Shown here: positions 1 to 13,200 of the stretch, in pieces | How positions within the stretch are numbered: the first letter of the stretch is position 1 | How the letters are laid out: each line of letters starts with the position of its first letter | NCBI GenBank assembly: GCA_030248215.1 | Contig: JASANG010002574.1 | Coordinates: forward strand, 62,001-126,000 | From: Enoplolaimus lenunculus | Lineage: Eukaryota | DNA length: 64,000 bases | Direction of reading: 5' to 3' | The notes under the pieces: model-generated | The model's input: only the letters and a program-made list of their open reading frames with translations | What the model was told of the DNA's origin: nothing | The model's database searches: none | Made by a program: the position numbers and the translations under genes

Positions 1-185
1 TCATTCCCAATACACTAAAGGGGGGTACTCTACAACTGGCTCAACGAAATGTTTCGGCAACCTTGAAAAATTATAAAAGCTTAAGCTTACTCTATTGCAG
101 CCGTACAGAAAAACGTTCCGCCGCTAATCTTTACGGCCGAACATACTGGCTGCACGATTCTTTTTACCAGATTTCCCAGAGTTAA

Positions 186-257
186 GAACCTCGCTGGAAA
201 TCGAACCTCGTCTCGCTTGCATCCGAGTCAACCATGCTACCACTGTACCATATGGTC
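186..257 (-). pseudogene. Degenerate tRNA-derived sequence (SINE head?)
   Basis: Minus strand reads gaccataTGGTACAGTGGtagc...gaGGTTCGATTTCc, an A/B-box pair at tRNA spacing; stems are poor. Confidence 0.4.
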
Positions 258-553
258 GTTTGCAATCTTGTGATTGCAGTATACTTGCACATTGCATGGT
301 ATTGTTGCGTTTGCATACACTTACCGTTACATATATACTGGACGTATCATTAATATTTTAGAGTGGTAGATCGTGTGTACTCAGTCATTCTTGTGCAGTC
401 AAAAATATTGCAGAAGCAATTTACATGGATCATTTAAAGTCGAAGGTAAACTGATATATTGTAATATTTCTAATTTTTGTTCATCTATTTTCTTAACATT
501 TAATACCGATTCAACCCATTCTTGTATGAATATTTCTAGAATTAAAGATAGTA

Positions 554-998
554 CTGTAGCGACCCGAATAAGACACGGATGGTGATTAGAAGGGGGTCCC
601 CATTTCGAGTCGCAATCAATAGGAATCCGTATCCCTAATTAGGGTCCGTAAGCGGCTAGAGTCCTTAAACCGTAATTAGAGTCCATAAATGTCAATTATT
701 TCTAATTTTAGCGCATACATGACTCTAGGAGCAAATAATTTGAGTTCGAAACTTGAAAGCGTACCTAAATTTTGAAACTACATTCCTTAGTGTAATCTTG
801 TATTATCGCTCAACCTATTGATACAAGACAAATAAACGTTTAATTCAACAGATAGTTGCACTACCGAAATATATCAATAACGAAAGGTGGCGAAGCGTGG
901 GTTAAAAATAAATAACAGTCCGTAACCGAATAACAGGGGGGTAGCCTCTAGATGGGCCAAATAAATATCAGTCCCCCCTCCCATTCGGGTCACTACAG
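554..998. mobile_element. Family G ~445-bp TA-flanked MITE (Tc1/mariner/pogo-like)
   Basis: ta-ctgtagcgacccgaat...attcgggtcactacag-ta. A full-length inverted homologue lies at 50857-51301 and a fragment at ~29517-29565. Confidence 0.75.
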
Positions 999-1170
999 TA
1001 ACTGAAAATTATTCCATTATTGCTTAGCTTTTGTAGAGAGTTTGCAGTTTTGCAATTTCTAAATGTTGTGCATTCATTTTTAAAATTTTTTACCAGTGTT
1101 CGATGCAATGCCGCCCCAACTCGTATACCATTTTTAATACATTTTTGCAGTTTTCAAACGTAGGTTAAAG

Positions 1171-1795
1171 TAAGAGTGAATAATAACAAGCGTATGCAAC
1201 CGGGTACATTTTGTGTACAAAAGAATGCACTCAGCAAATGTTGCGTTTTTGTCTGACCTTCTTCCTTTATTTCGGGGAAGGGGAGTACGTTGCACTAATA
1301 TTTTAAATTTAATATCAAGTTGCTCCTATTTTATTCTTCAAGCCTGTGTGTACTGTGTGGTTCAACTGGTGACTACCCGTCTCCTAATCAGGGAGGTCGG
1401 GCAAAAATACAACACACGCTGGCATATACATTTTGTGCTATGCAGAACCGCACTAGTTGTACACTCTTTTCTAATATCATACACTCTTGATTATAGCAAG
1501 AGTGGATAATCGCTATTTAACAAGAGTGTGCAACTGGGCACATTCTGTGTAGAAAAAATGTACCCGGCACGTGTTGCATTTTTGCGCTCCCCCCTTTGTT
1601 TAGAGTGGGGTACAACTGGTGCGAACCATGTCACTTTATGCATGCGGCGTCAAACAAGCTCCCGTTATAGTTTAGTTTAGCGGTATTCATGTGATAGCGA
1701 CCCCCTCTAAACAAAACGGGGTCGATCAAAAACGCAACGCCTGGTAGTAAATTTTGTACCATGGGGTCCCCAAGAGTTGCGCATTATTGTCATCC
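1171..1795. mobile_element. Tandem pair of family I elements (CAAGAGTG termini, 7-bp TSD; P-superfamily-like)
   Basis: Copy 1 is 1171-1489, then a 7-bp spacer attatag, then copy 2 from 1497. A single copy at 12756-13097 has TSD ctataat/ttataat. Another at ~62428-62950 has a nested family B element. Confidence 0.6.
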
Positions 1796-1801
1796 ATGCT
1801 A

Positions 1802-1997
1802 CACAGTAAAAAAGGTGAGTCAAATTGATTCGCTCCGAAATAGGCTCTACGGGACTACACACACTGAATCAAACTCGAATCTGCCAGAGTCAAATTCGAC
1901 TCACTGAATTGCACGTTTGAGCTTGAGTCAACAGTTTGTGTAGCTCCTTAGAGCCTTTTTTGGAGAGAGTCAGTTTGACTCACAATTTTTTGCAGTG
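1802..1997. mobile_element. Family C ~200-bp palindromic CACTG-ended MITE (CMC-like)
   Basis: Near-perfect foldback CACWGYAAAAAATGGTGAGTCAAATTGACTC...TGCAGTG with 2-bp TSD. Copies at 6965-7184 (TSD ca), 18840-19047, 35422-35630 (ta), 57151-57359 and 63492-63689 (ta). Confidence 0.8.
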
Positions 1998-2174
1998 TAG
2001 CATGCTCCCATAATACTTACATCAGTCCATTTAAACTTTTCGAAGAGTTAGAAGTCGGTGAATTAAAAATTTACAAAACTGACCGCTGCAAAAACTAGCA
2101 CGTGTGAATGAGAGTTTTAAAAGTTTTTAAAAATTTTATTTTCACAAGCCAATTAATGTTATGCGGATTATTAA

Positions 2175-2437
2175 CCCCTTCTCACATTGAGTTGCCTATA
2201 GGCAACTCAGCGCAGTGTATATTCGTTAACTAGTATATATTGCACCATGTTTAACAATTGCAACACGTACACATAGTACTAAATCACCACAAGACGTGAG
2301 AGCACCCTCGGGCTCGAGCGTCAAGCTCCTATAGCTGAGTGGTGATGGTATACGCCTCCCACTCTAGTCTCTGGAGTTCGAATCCTAGCATAAAAGTAGG
2401 TCTCAGGGGAAATAGAAAATATTCATGTGAGAAAAGG
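2175..2437. mobile_element. piggyBac-like MITE (TTAA TSD) containing a tRNA-like A-box/B-box module
   Basis: ttaa-ccccttctcaca...tgtgagaaaagg-ttaa; internal TAGCTGAGTGG (2332-2342) and GAGTTCGAATCC (2374-2385). Inverted shorter copy at 49186-49339 and a relative at ~35225-35344. Confidence 0.7.
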
Positions 2438-2457
2438 TTAAATGTTTATATTTTTAG

Positions 2458-5400
2458 ACAATGGCACTTGAAATTTTGGGAGCAATATGCTTACTGCCGT
2501 GTGGACACAGAAGAATCCTTGACGGAATGCAAGATTTGAAAGAACAACACGGCGAGAGAATTCGGTTTCAGGTACTGTTATACAAACCTGTTTTTTTCAT
2601 TTCTTAGATACGTTGTCTAGGAAAGCAACACAATAGCTTGCTTAGAATTCTGGCAGTGTTTAGGATTGCGCTACATTTGTTTGACTTGCGGCGCCGTCCG
2701 GCGCCCTCTTTAACCAGCGTGGTACCGTCCAGAATCGTCCGTCACCGTGCGTTATCGTACACAAATACCTCACATACGATAACGTATGGTGACGCACGAT
2801 GTCGGACGGCGCCGTACGAGTGACGCACGATGTCGGACGGCGCCGTACGAGTGACGCACGATGTCGGACGGCGCCGTACGAGTGACGCACGATGCCGGAC
2901 GGCGCCGTACGAGTGACGCACGATGTCGGACGGCGCCGTACGAGTGACGGACGGCACTTGACGTCAAGTATAGCGCAACCCTTATTTATATATTTCATCA
3001 TAAAGACTAGTTTTGTACCAACCATCAAAACGACACGGTAAGGGCGGATTTATAGAGGGAATCTAAAGATCGGACTCTCGCAAACCGAGTCACGCAAAAT
3101 ACAAAAAACGTTGTATCGTGATTATGCTAATACGAATGTTGTTCGCTTCGTTTGCGAGTTTTCTTTGCTTCGCTGATTCATTGAAGAAACTTGTGCAAGC
3201 TTTTGAATAAACCGCTAGAACATAGAAGGTCTCGCATTCTACATTTGTTCACAATAGTCTGTACCCCGAGTTATATTGTACCAAAACGTCTAATCGCCAT
3301 GGTAAAGTGTCCCAGCGTTAAATATATTGCGCTTCGTTTGGACGTATGATGAAAGTTTAGGCCGCTTTGGACCTTTTGATCCTAGCGTTCGCCACTCCGG
3401 CTGAAACTGTCTCATTTTGAAGACAGGTGATTTAGGCAACATTGTATTTCGCAACCGAAAAATCGCAGGTCTGCCTCTGAACTTGGGTTAGAAAAGTAAT
3501 CATTGTGTTTTGTTTTAGCGGTTGGTCACTGATTTTGGACGTCGTTTGCTGTCGCCACAGAACGACCAACAAATCAAAGATGAAACATGCTTAAAGACCG
3601 CAATCATTTCGTTTGTCAACGTACTGCTACGGTCTGGAGAAGCTGAGGTAAGGCTTGTTTTAATGTTTTCGGCAGATATATTTTACAATTATAACAAGTT
3701 GTCTATATTGAAATAAATATAAAACCTATTAAAAGGCAATGTACGGCAAAAAACAACATATTTATCAGGGTGTAACCGGAATATTCGTCTCTGCGTGCGG
3801 TAAAAATCTGTGTTTGTTTCCGTTTCCGTTTTATAGAAATACCGGAAATTTTGGTAATATTGTTGTGCTCAAAATATTAAGTTCAAAATCACGTATATAA
3901 CTCGTGTAATATTTCACTACAAATATGCAGTATTGTTTTTCTATATGAAATAAAAGTTACGAAATTCATGTAAAATTTTAAACATTTCGGTGCATCCGCA
4001 ATTGTTTTTCCAACATTTTACAAAACCAACAGTCAGAAAAATAAATCATCTTTGGAACTTTTACATAATTCAATATCCGGTTTATTTTGATCGCTATCCG
4101 TTTACACCCTGGTATATATTTATGATTAAATAAAGTAAAGTTCAGAGGCGAAAAATGGATTCAAGTACAAGAAATTTGGTTTACAATTTACTGCAAAAGT
4201 TACACCAGAACACGAAGACTGCGATTAGGCAATTGGCACATTTGAAGATGGACCGACTCTTGGTCATTTCCCTCAAAAAGGTTTAGGCTGAGGCTTACGT
4301 TTTGGAAACGGCTTAGCTAAGGCTAATCAACCTTTACCTAAACCTAAATCTAAGTTTTAATCTAAAATGCAGGGTCTAACCAGCGTTGCTGTCCGGAAAC
4401 ATTTTGTGCGTGAGAATTGTTCGTCAGCAACTTTGACTTGAAATTGAAACAAAGCAATTTTACGGACTGTTTCAAAATTGGGTTAATTTTAAATTTTAAT
4501 TTTTTTATCCAAATACTGATTTAGTTTTAGAAGACTGTAGCTAACTTAGATTTGAGCTGAAAATCAATTTAAAGTGAGCCACGCAAGCATTCAGGTTAAT
4601 TTTCGAACAGAACTTAAGTTTCCGGTCATAATAAAACGGTTTGAGCCTACAACCTACCCTGCCTGTTAGCTGCGAATTCATGTACCGGTGACTAATTTGT
4701 TGATATTGGCAAAGCATTCGATTGAAACAGACGGCATCCTTTTGCCATATTCGAACCAAGTGCAACAGGATTTTTTCCAACCAAAATACCCTGTATAATT
4801 TTATCGGTTCTATGTATATTGTTTGTTTGCTTACAAGCTTAAACCAGCAATCTGATTAGAAAATAAAAATTTGAATTAAATATTTTTTTCGGCCGAGTCT
4901 GTCATGTTGTTTTCGACGGTTGCTGAACGCGTTTACAATGAGCAGAAATTTAAATTCTACCGTTTAATTGAAGTCCAGTTGAGAAAAATTTGAAATATAA
5001 GCGGGTTCGTAGCCAAGCGGGGGGGGCAGGGGGTCTCAGCCCACCCTGGGAAAACTCTGGCTCCTCGTAGAAGATTTTCAACCTTGTTTGTAAGTCATTG
5101 AAACCGTTGAATGCCCCTTCTGATACATGTTCGCCCTCCTCTTAGCAATGTGAGCTGGCTACGAGCCTGAATAAAAGCTGTTGTAGTTGTCAATTTTTGA
5201 ATTTTTGATTCAATTCCTACACTTACATTAAAATTTGCTTCAGTGATGCCGCCGGGGGTATTTCTGCACTGCTATTGCAGATACCGTCGGGCGCTCGTAC
5301 CGGTTTGCGTTTAGCGTTTACACCATGAAAACCGTTGGGCTGGTGCTATACTTGTTGTGCGGCGCTGTTCTGCGCCTGGGCAACATCGAGGCGTTTGCTG

Positions 5401-7257
5401 TAAGATGCCGGCCGTCGACGGACGGCACCGAACAGCGCCAAGGCGGAGAACGACGGCGCCGGACGACATCAAAAGTATAACGCCAGCCTAAGTAGTAGTT
5501 ATGCGAGTGTTTGAAGTTCATTCAATAGTTTGTCTTCCAACTATTAACTTTAAGCTACGTTTAATAGTTGTCTGACCACAAACTCGACAATAGTTATTTA
5601 CTATATTATATACTATAAATAATTTTAGAAATACTTTAAGACTATAAGCTTTAATGTTAGATTTAGATCTAAGCCCGTTTTCTCAAATGTGTGTAGCACC
5701 TATCACTAGTTGGTAACAAGTCTTGAAACTTTCGAACCGCACTGTAAATTCTAATTCGTTGATTTTATCTCAGAATTTAAGTTAAATCCACTCAGAAGTC
5801 CAAACTTTGGTTTAGGTTTTTCAGAACTCTGAATTCTGAATTGATACCTCAGTCTAAGCCAAGAAAAAAAATTAGTCTAAAGCTTAAGCTTACTCTATTT
5901 TAGTCCCACAGAAAAACGTTCCGGTTATGATCTTTGAATGGGCTAAAGGAAGTTACTCTCTAGAATACTGTTCAAAATATAAAAATCACGCCTTAGAATC
6001 TAAATGGATTTTATACATCAATAATTTCCGGTCAGAGTTTGTTCAAAGTGAACTAGCTATGTAATTCATGTCAACTTTTATTTCTTACAAGCTTTATGAT
6101 TTCAGATAAATGTATATATTTGACCTGAAACATTTTGAAATACTCTACAATTTGATTGGTTGAATCTACGGTCCATGTTAAGATCTGGGGCGGAACGTTT
6201 TCCTGTGGGACTAAATTAGAGTATAAGCAAAAGCTTTAGACTAATTTATATGCTTGGCTTAAACTTAGACTTATACTTAGGAGTATTCTCAGTCTTGCGC
6301 TTAGGCTTAGGTTAGGCTTAGGCATAGGCTTAGAAATAAAGTTATAGTGCAGTTCCGCCCGTGTTCTTTACATTGGCCATATTTGTTATCAAATATATGT
6401 TTAAAAAAATTTCATTTTCTCAAATTATTATTTATTTTGTTACAATTTTAATTTAATTTTGTTTTATGAGGTAACAATATGCAACTTGAATTTTTCTGTA
6501 AAAAATGTACCATCACGCGTTGCGTTTTACACAGCTATTGACCATTTATGAAGTGGTCATTTTTGCATAAATTAACAAAATACACACATTTCAGGTATAT
6601 TTACTGAAAGGTTACTGTTTTTGTTTAACCGTCAGCGTACATTCCATGTATATGAGTATGACCCCTCAGCTGGCGTTTGCAGGTGCCCCTACAATTGCAA
6701 TACAAGATTGTTTACGTTAGACAAGGCCTATTGTGGGTTGATGGCACCAGCCAAATTTGTGGGGGCGCGGACCTCAATGGGCCCGTGTGGACGCCCTTGG
6801 ACCCCCCAAAAGTAAAATGTGGCAAAACGACTCTTGCGCATGATGTCCACCAGTTTGTGATTTGTAGCTGCAGCAGTTTCCTGGTTTGAAAACAGGACCG
6901 AACCTCTACACCTTGCGGGATCGTCCATAACGACGCTGCAGGAACGCTACCGTTTCGATCACCACACTGTAAAAATGGTGAGTCAAATTGACTCTATCCG
7001 AAATAGGTTGTACGGGACTACACAAACTGAGCCAAATTTGACTCCGCCAGAATAAAATGCGACTCACTGAGCGACTCAGGTGAGTCTCGAATTTGACTCT
7101 GGCAGAGTCATATTTAACTCAATTTGTGTAGTTCTGTAGAGCCTCTTTTGGAAAGAGTCAGTTTGACTGACCATTTTTGCAATGCAATGACCCCAAATTA
7201 TTATTCATTGAAATCTTCTAAAATTCATAGAATCTTCAGTGTAGTTGACCGGATACC

Positions 7258-7291
<34 letters not shown>

Positions 7292-10200
7292 ATAAAGCGA
7301 TGCGTTTCATGGACAAAGGTCAACACGGATTGGCTACTTTTTGGTCCAATATATTACAAGAATTTTTAAAACAATCGTTGAGTCAATCCGAGTGATAAGT
7401 GCCAAGAACGAATCGCTTATCAGTGGTACGTCGAATATCATATGATATTGAAGGACAAAAGGTGACTTACACATGATGATAGCAGACAAATACGAATTTT
7501 TGAATACGATATGGGGTCTATACGAAGACAAAATATAACCCGTTATGCTAATAGGGACAAAACGTGTCCCGAGCTGCCCCGGTTATAACGTGAACCGCGC
7601 ATAACTGGTCATAGGTGCTGTAGTCATTTGAAAATATATGACTTTCCGTTCGGGAAACTATGAAAGTTTTACAAGACGCAAAACGGAAACGAATCATATC
7701 AGTTGAATTTTTGCAAAATACGTCAACTGCAGAAATATTGTTTTTCCTCAGCTATGTTTTTTGTGTCACCTGCACATTGTGATTTGAATATTAACACTTT
7801 CGCAGCTACAGAACCAGAAATTGTCCGTTCGGGGAGGGGCGGTCGGGGAAAATTTACTGAGGGGTTCCCGAAAAAATATTGGGCAATGATGTGGGGGGCA
7901 TACGCTTATGACAGGGTCGTAAACATACTCTCTCTGGCCACCATTTCAAGTCGTTTTGGCGCTGTTGATGCCACGTTTGCCTCAGGCCCGTAGTCAGCTC
8001 ACCGTGCTTGGGTTGACCAAACATTTTTCAGGAGGGGCATACGAAGGTTTTCAATGACTTACAAGCAAGGTTTAAAATTTTCTAAGGGGGCAAAATTTTT
8101 CCGGGGGACTGAGCCCCCCCCCCCTGGCTTTCTTGGTCTACGGGAGCGATTTGCTTGTTTTAAAATGTTTAACTTCTTGTTTAATAGATTTGTCATAATT
8201 TGAAAATAATAATAATTCTTGAACAATTTTAAGTGTTAAAATTACTCAGTTAAATGTTGAATATTTACTCAATAAATGCACGTTTCATTTAAATTTGGCT
8301 TCTGCTGGTTTTAAAAAGTTTGTTTGAGTTGTTTTCATTTGGTGCATCTTTCACAACAAATACTTGTACGTATAAGGTGCAAAATGAAAAATCCATTCCA
8401 CAACACTATCAAAATTTTAAGTGACGTTTAAAGTTGTGAGGAATTGGTCGGATTTTTGGTATAATATTGAAACAAGCGAAATGTTTTAAATTTAAGATAC
8501 TCGACGTTAGTAGAAATTTTTGTTTATTAATTGTTTGACTCGAAATTAAAATTGTATAAATACTTTTGCCTAACAGTGTGTATATTAGCCTTAATGCTAA
8601 GCAACATATTAATATATTTTGGCAATATTTATTTAATTTGGTGCAAAATAGAGCTGTGTAGAAGCATCCGCAGAAAATTATACCTGGGAGGGTACCGAAT
8701 AATTTTGGGTGGTCCCTACAATTGAAATTCAAGATTGTTTACTTTTAGACCAAGTCTATTTGCAGGGTGGAACCAGCATTATTTAGGTGTGGGTACGGCC
8801 GCACATTGCGTCCGTGGGGACAACTTTGGATCAGCGGTGGCTGTTTGTTCAGAAATAAATGATGATTGATATTAGAATGCATAATACCTAATTAACACTC
8901 AGACTGTATGCAGCTTTATGACTATTGCAGTCCCACAGAAAAACGTTCCGCTCCTGATGCTTACATGAGCCTGCAATCCCATGGCTACACCGTTTTGGTA
9001 TCTTAAGATTAGTTATAGTTAAAATTTTAAGGAATTAATTTTTTCTCCTAAAACGTCACTTAAATGCCTCGATGCGAGCGTTTATGATCGCAAAATTCAT
9101 ATTATGAATAGAATTTTAGAATTTATTTAGAAAAAATGCAAAGTCACTCAATTCACAGAGTACGGTACCAATACTATCTACCAGTTAAAGTTCACGTATT
9201 GTTGTTAAAAAGCCTTTCGCGCAAATATAAATATTTTAAAACACTTTTTTTGTATGCTGACAATTTTGGGAAATGAATAGTTTTTTTAGTATTTTTAGAA
9301 ATTAGTACTCACTAAAACGCTGATTCTAAATTTCAATAAGGTATATTCACAGAACACAAACCACGTACATAGAGAATATATATATTCATTTACTTACTTA
9401 TATATAAATATATATAATATATAATATATATATATAATATATATATAAATATATATATATTATATATATATTTATATATATATTATATATATAAGTTGCA
9501 ATCATGACCATTTAGTCTGTTTGTGTTTTATTTTATTTTATAAATATAAATCGATGCCATCAGGTCCAAGAAGATACAACCGCGCCTCGATTGAGATTTC
9601 CCGAAGTTTATTTTTAGGTAGCGAAATGAAGTATGAAACGGTTGCGTCTTCGGCGAACACGAACGCAGCCATCATTATATTTCCAGAGGCGATAACCTCG
9701 TCTAAACGTTTTTTGCAAGTGAGCGAAGCAAAACGAGAAGATTTTTTGACCAGTGCAAGATATTCTGAAGCATGTAAATGTACCTTTTTTGGAGGTTTTT
9801 CTTGAAATTTGTCAAGGATATGGTGCAATATTTTTCAGCTTGTATACGCGTTTGACACCAGATTCGAGTTTGGTTCTTTGGACCTTACTTGCAGACTGGT
9901 AGTTGAATCAAGGTTTTAGAAGGTGCAACAGATTTATTGTTTATGTTCTGGTTAAAATTAAAAAACATGACAGACAGTCTTGTTTGAAGGTAATCAAATT
10001 CACAAAATTGCCATGGGTCCGCAGCCATGCCAACATGAACGGGGACACAAAATTCACGGGGTGCACTGCGAATTCAGTTGTTTTTAAAGATTTTCTGCCG
10101 TTTCTATTTATTCTCACGCTGGTCGGTTAAAGTTGCGTCGAATTTTGAAATTAAATTTGGAACGCAACAAATCACACGTTAACTACTGAAAAATTTGTTT

Positions 10201-13200
10201 CACTGGACCGCAGAGATTTGTTATTTAAAAAACAACAACTTGTAATAGAATTAAATTTCGTTTCCTTACTTAAAGGAATTATTTCGAATTTGAGAAACTA
10301 CTTTTTGCTAGCGGTTCCCGTAGCCAAAGAGGAGACAGGGATATCATCCCCCCGGCAAAAATTATGGTTTCTCTTAGAAAATGTTCTACCTTGCTTGTAA
10401 GGCAACGAAAACCCGTGTATGCCCCTCCTCAAGCAATCTGTAGCCCACCCGCATCAATTGAAGCTAACTGCGAACATGTAGTTAGCAGACGGAGCCAAGA
10501 CAGCCATGAACCATCTGTGGTATTAAAAATATTTACAAATTTGAACGCTTTTGAATACCCTAAATTATGCTTACATTTTCACCAAAAACGACGATAAAAT
10601 TATTTACAATTAAAATTTTTGTGTTATTCACACGTCCCATACCCACCGGTTTCCAGTATTTACTGAAAAATACATCAAAATGTTGGCCCATGTATAGAAC
10701 AGGGCCGGAACAGTAGTATAAGCATATTCCTAAGCTTAAGCCTAAGCCTAAGCCTAAGCCTAAGCGTATGGATAAGCCTATCCCTAAGTCTAAGCCTAAG
10801 CCTAAGCCTAAGCAAAAAATATAGTCTAAACTTAAACTGACTCTATTATAGCCCCTCCGGGAACGATCCAGCCCTGTCCTATACATGGGCCAAAATGTTG
10901 ATCAAAAACCGTTGTCAAACCGAATTCGGAGGCAAAGTGTGTTAGAAAGAAATTTTGGCCCCACCAAGTCTGCTGATCATGAATAGTCAAACTGTTTGGA
11001 GTCTACTGATTGGTTAACCGTTTTGCTGACAGGCTTAGTAGCTAAGTAATTAAGCCATGGCGAAAACGTTTCTATTTTAATCATGAGATGCCTTAAAATT
11101 GATGTATTTTGTGTATAGCTTCGTTCAACAAATTCCACTTCATGTGTATCTTTTATTATATTTAAAAGAAAAATATATTTTTTGTACATAAAATATGTCT
11201 TTTATGTCTTTATATACATATATGGGCCAATGTAAAGAACAGGGGCGGAATAGTGTTATAAGCATATTCATAAGCCTAAGCCTAACCGTAAAAATGTGCA
11301 TATTCCTAAGCTTAAGCCCAAGCCTAAGCCTAAGCCAAGCAAAAAAATTAGTCTGAAGCTTAAGTTTACACTATTCTAGTCCCACAGAAAAATTTCCCGC
11401 CCCTGATCTTTACATGGGCCCATATATGTATATACCATGTAGAACATCAAATACGTATATATAAAAATATATATAAATAAATATATATATTATATATATA
11501 TATAATATTTCAATATGTTAGGTACCTCGTTTTCAAATTACAAAAACGGTTCCTTATATTACTGAAATCAGATTAATTTTTCTCTTATATTTGCGAAAGT
11601 TATCAAGTCAACAAGTGAAACAAAAGTTAATATTTGTAAACACAAAGGTACAAAACCGCTTGGGTATCGGTCGTTTTAGTTGTGACAAAAAATATATTCC
11701 TAACCGCAGTCAGTTGTTGTGATTTCATATTAAGTAAAAACTCGTGAAAATTTATACAGTTCCACACGCTGTTCTGTTAGTTTTTTCTTATTTCAACTGA
11801 TAAGAGTATATATTAGTAAACGGGTAGTGGTGTATTTGTGTGTGAGATTGTTTGAAAATTGAACAAAAGTGTTTGTTTTTAATACTTCGTGCTGGCTTTC
11901 AAATTTGTTTTTGAAGTCGAAAACGTATTTGAATGAAATTTACTCAATGTTATAAGACAAGTGTAGTAAGTCAATTGATGCTAAAAATGATATGTAAATG
12001 AGCTTGTAGCCAAACAACGAGCAGGGGTGGTTCAGCGACCCCTGGAAGAAGTTTGACTCAACTTGAAAACTTTCAAGCTTGGGTTGTAAGTCATCGAAAA
12101 GACTTGTATGCCCCTGCTGATAATATTTCAGCGCCATGTAGCAAGGTGAGCTGGCTACTGGCCTCTTTGTGAAGTGAATGTATACATTCATGTCTGAACC
12201 GTAAAATCATTAATTCAGATCAGTTGAAATAGTTTCTTAGTACCTCAACCGGTGTAAAAACTAAACGATATTTCAAATATATTTTCAGAGCTTAAAAGGG
12301 TTGCCGGCGATAGTCCGTTAATTGCTAATATATCGCAGAATCATTTGCAAGAAATAGCTAATGACATTGTGTAAAGCTTGTATGCCTTACTATTTCCAGA
12401 GTTCCAAGGCAAAATTTCACCGAAATATGACTAAAATTACTCTGGAAGTTATCGACAACTTTCTCTCCTTTATTAAATCATTTAACGTTTTTTAAATCAT
12501 TTAAAGTTTTTTAAATCATTTAAAAAGAACTTTAAATCTTTTAAAGAACTTTAAATCATTTAAAGTTCTTTAAATCATTTAAAGAACATTAAATCATTTA
12601 TAGTTGTTGCTTCTCTTAGTTGAACGAGGATTTGAATTTAAGTAATCCTAATATTTGCCTGTCGAGATTTCCGTAAAAAAATTTTCGGCTCATAAGTTTA
12701 GTATTTTGTTTGTTTGAAAACCTATTACTAAAATTGACAACACGTTAACTATAATCAAGAGTGGATGATCGCTCTAACAAGAGCGTGTAAAACTACCGAC
12801 ATTTGTGTGTTACAAAATGTACCACCGGGCGTTGCATTTTTGGCCGACCCCCCTTATTTAGAGGGGGGTAGTTGATGTTTGAAACGTAGAATGCGCACCG
12901 TTTTAAAGTTATCAACGGCGTTAGTTTACAACTGCAATATTTCAACGTGTAAAATTGAAGAAATTGTCAAACCTGACCCCCCCCCTTAAATAAAAGGGGG
13001 GTAGGTCAAAAACGGAACGTGTACCAGATATTTAGTTTTGTACACAGATTGTACCCAGTTGCACACTCTTGTTCCAAACAGTGATCATCCACTCTTGTTA
13101 TAATCAATTGCCTACACGGGCCAAGAAAAATAATTATTTAAATTTATGTTTTGTAATTTTGACGCTGTCTGACTTATGTGTCCTAACGAACTGTCAATTA

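Noticed and set aside
2789..2943. 31-bp direct repeats resembling a CRISPR array
   Set aside because: The units are contiguous with no spacers, lie inside a MITE in a eukaryotic intron, and no cas genes are present.
12473..12601. AT-rich 20-bp tandem repeat (similar ones at 24730-24870 and 42065-42180)
   Set aside because: Ordinary slippage repeats with no further structure.
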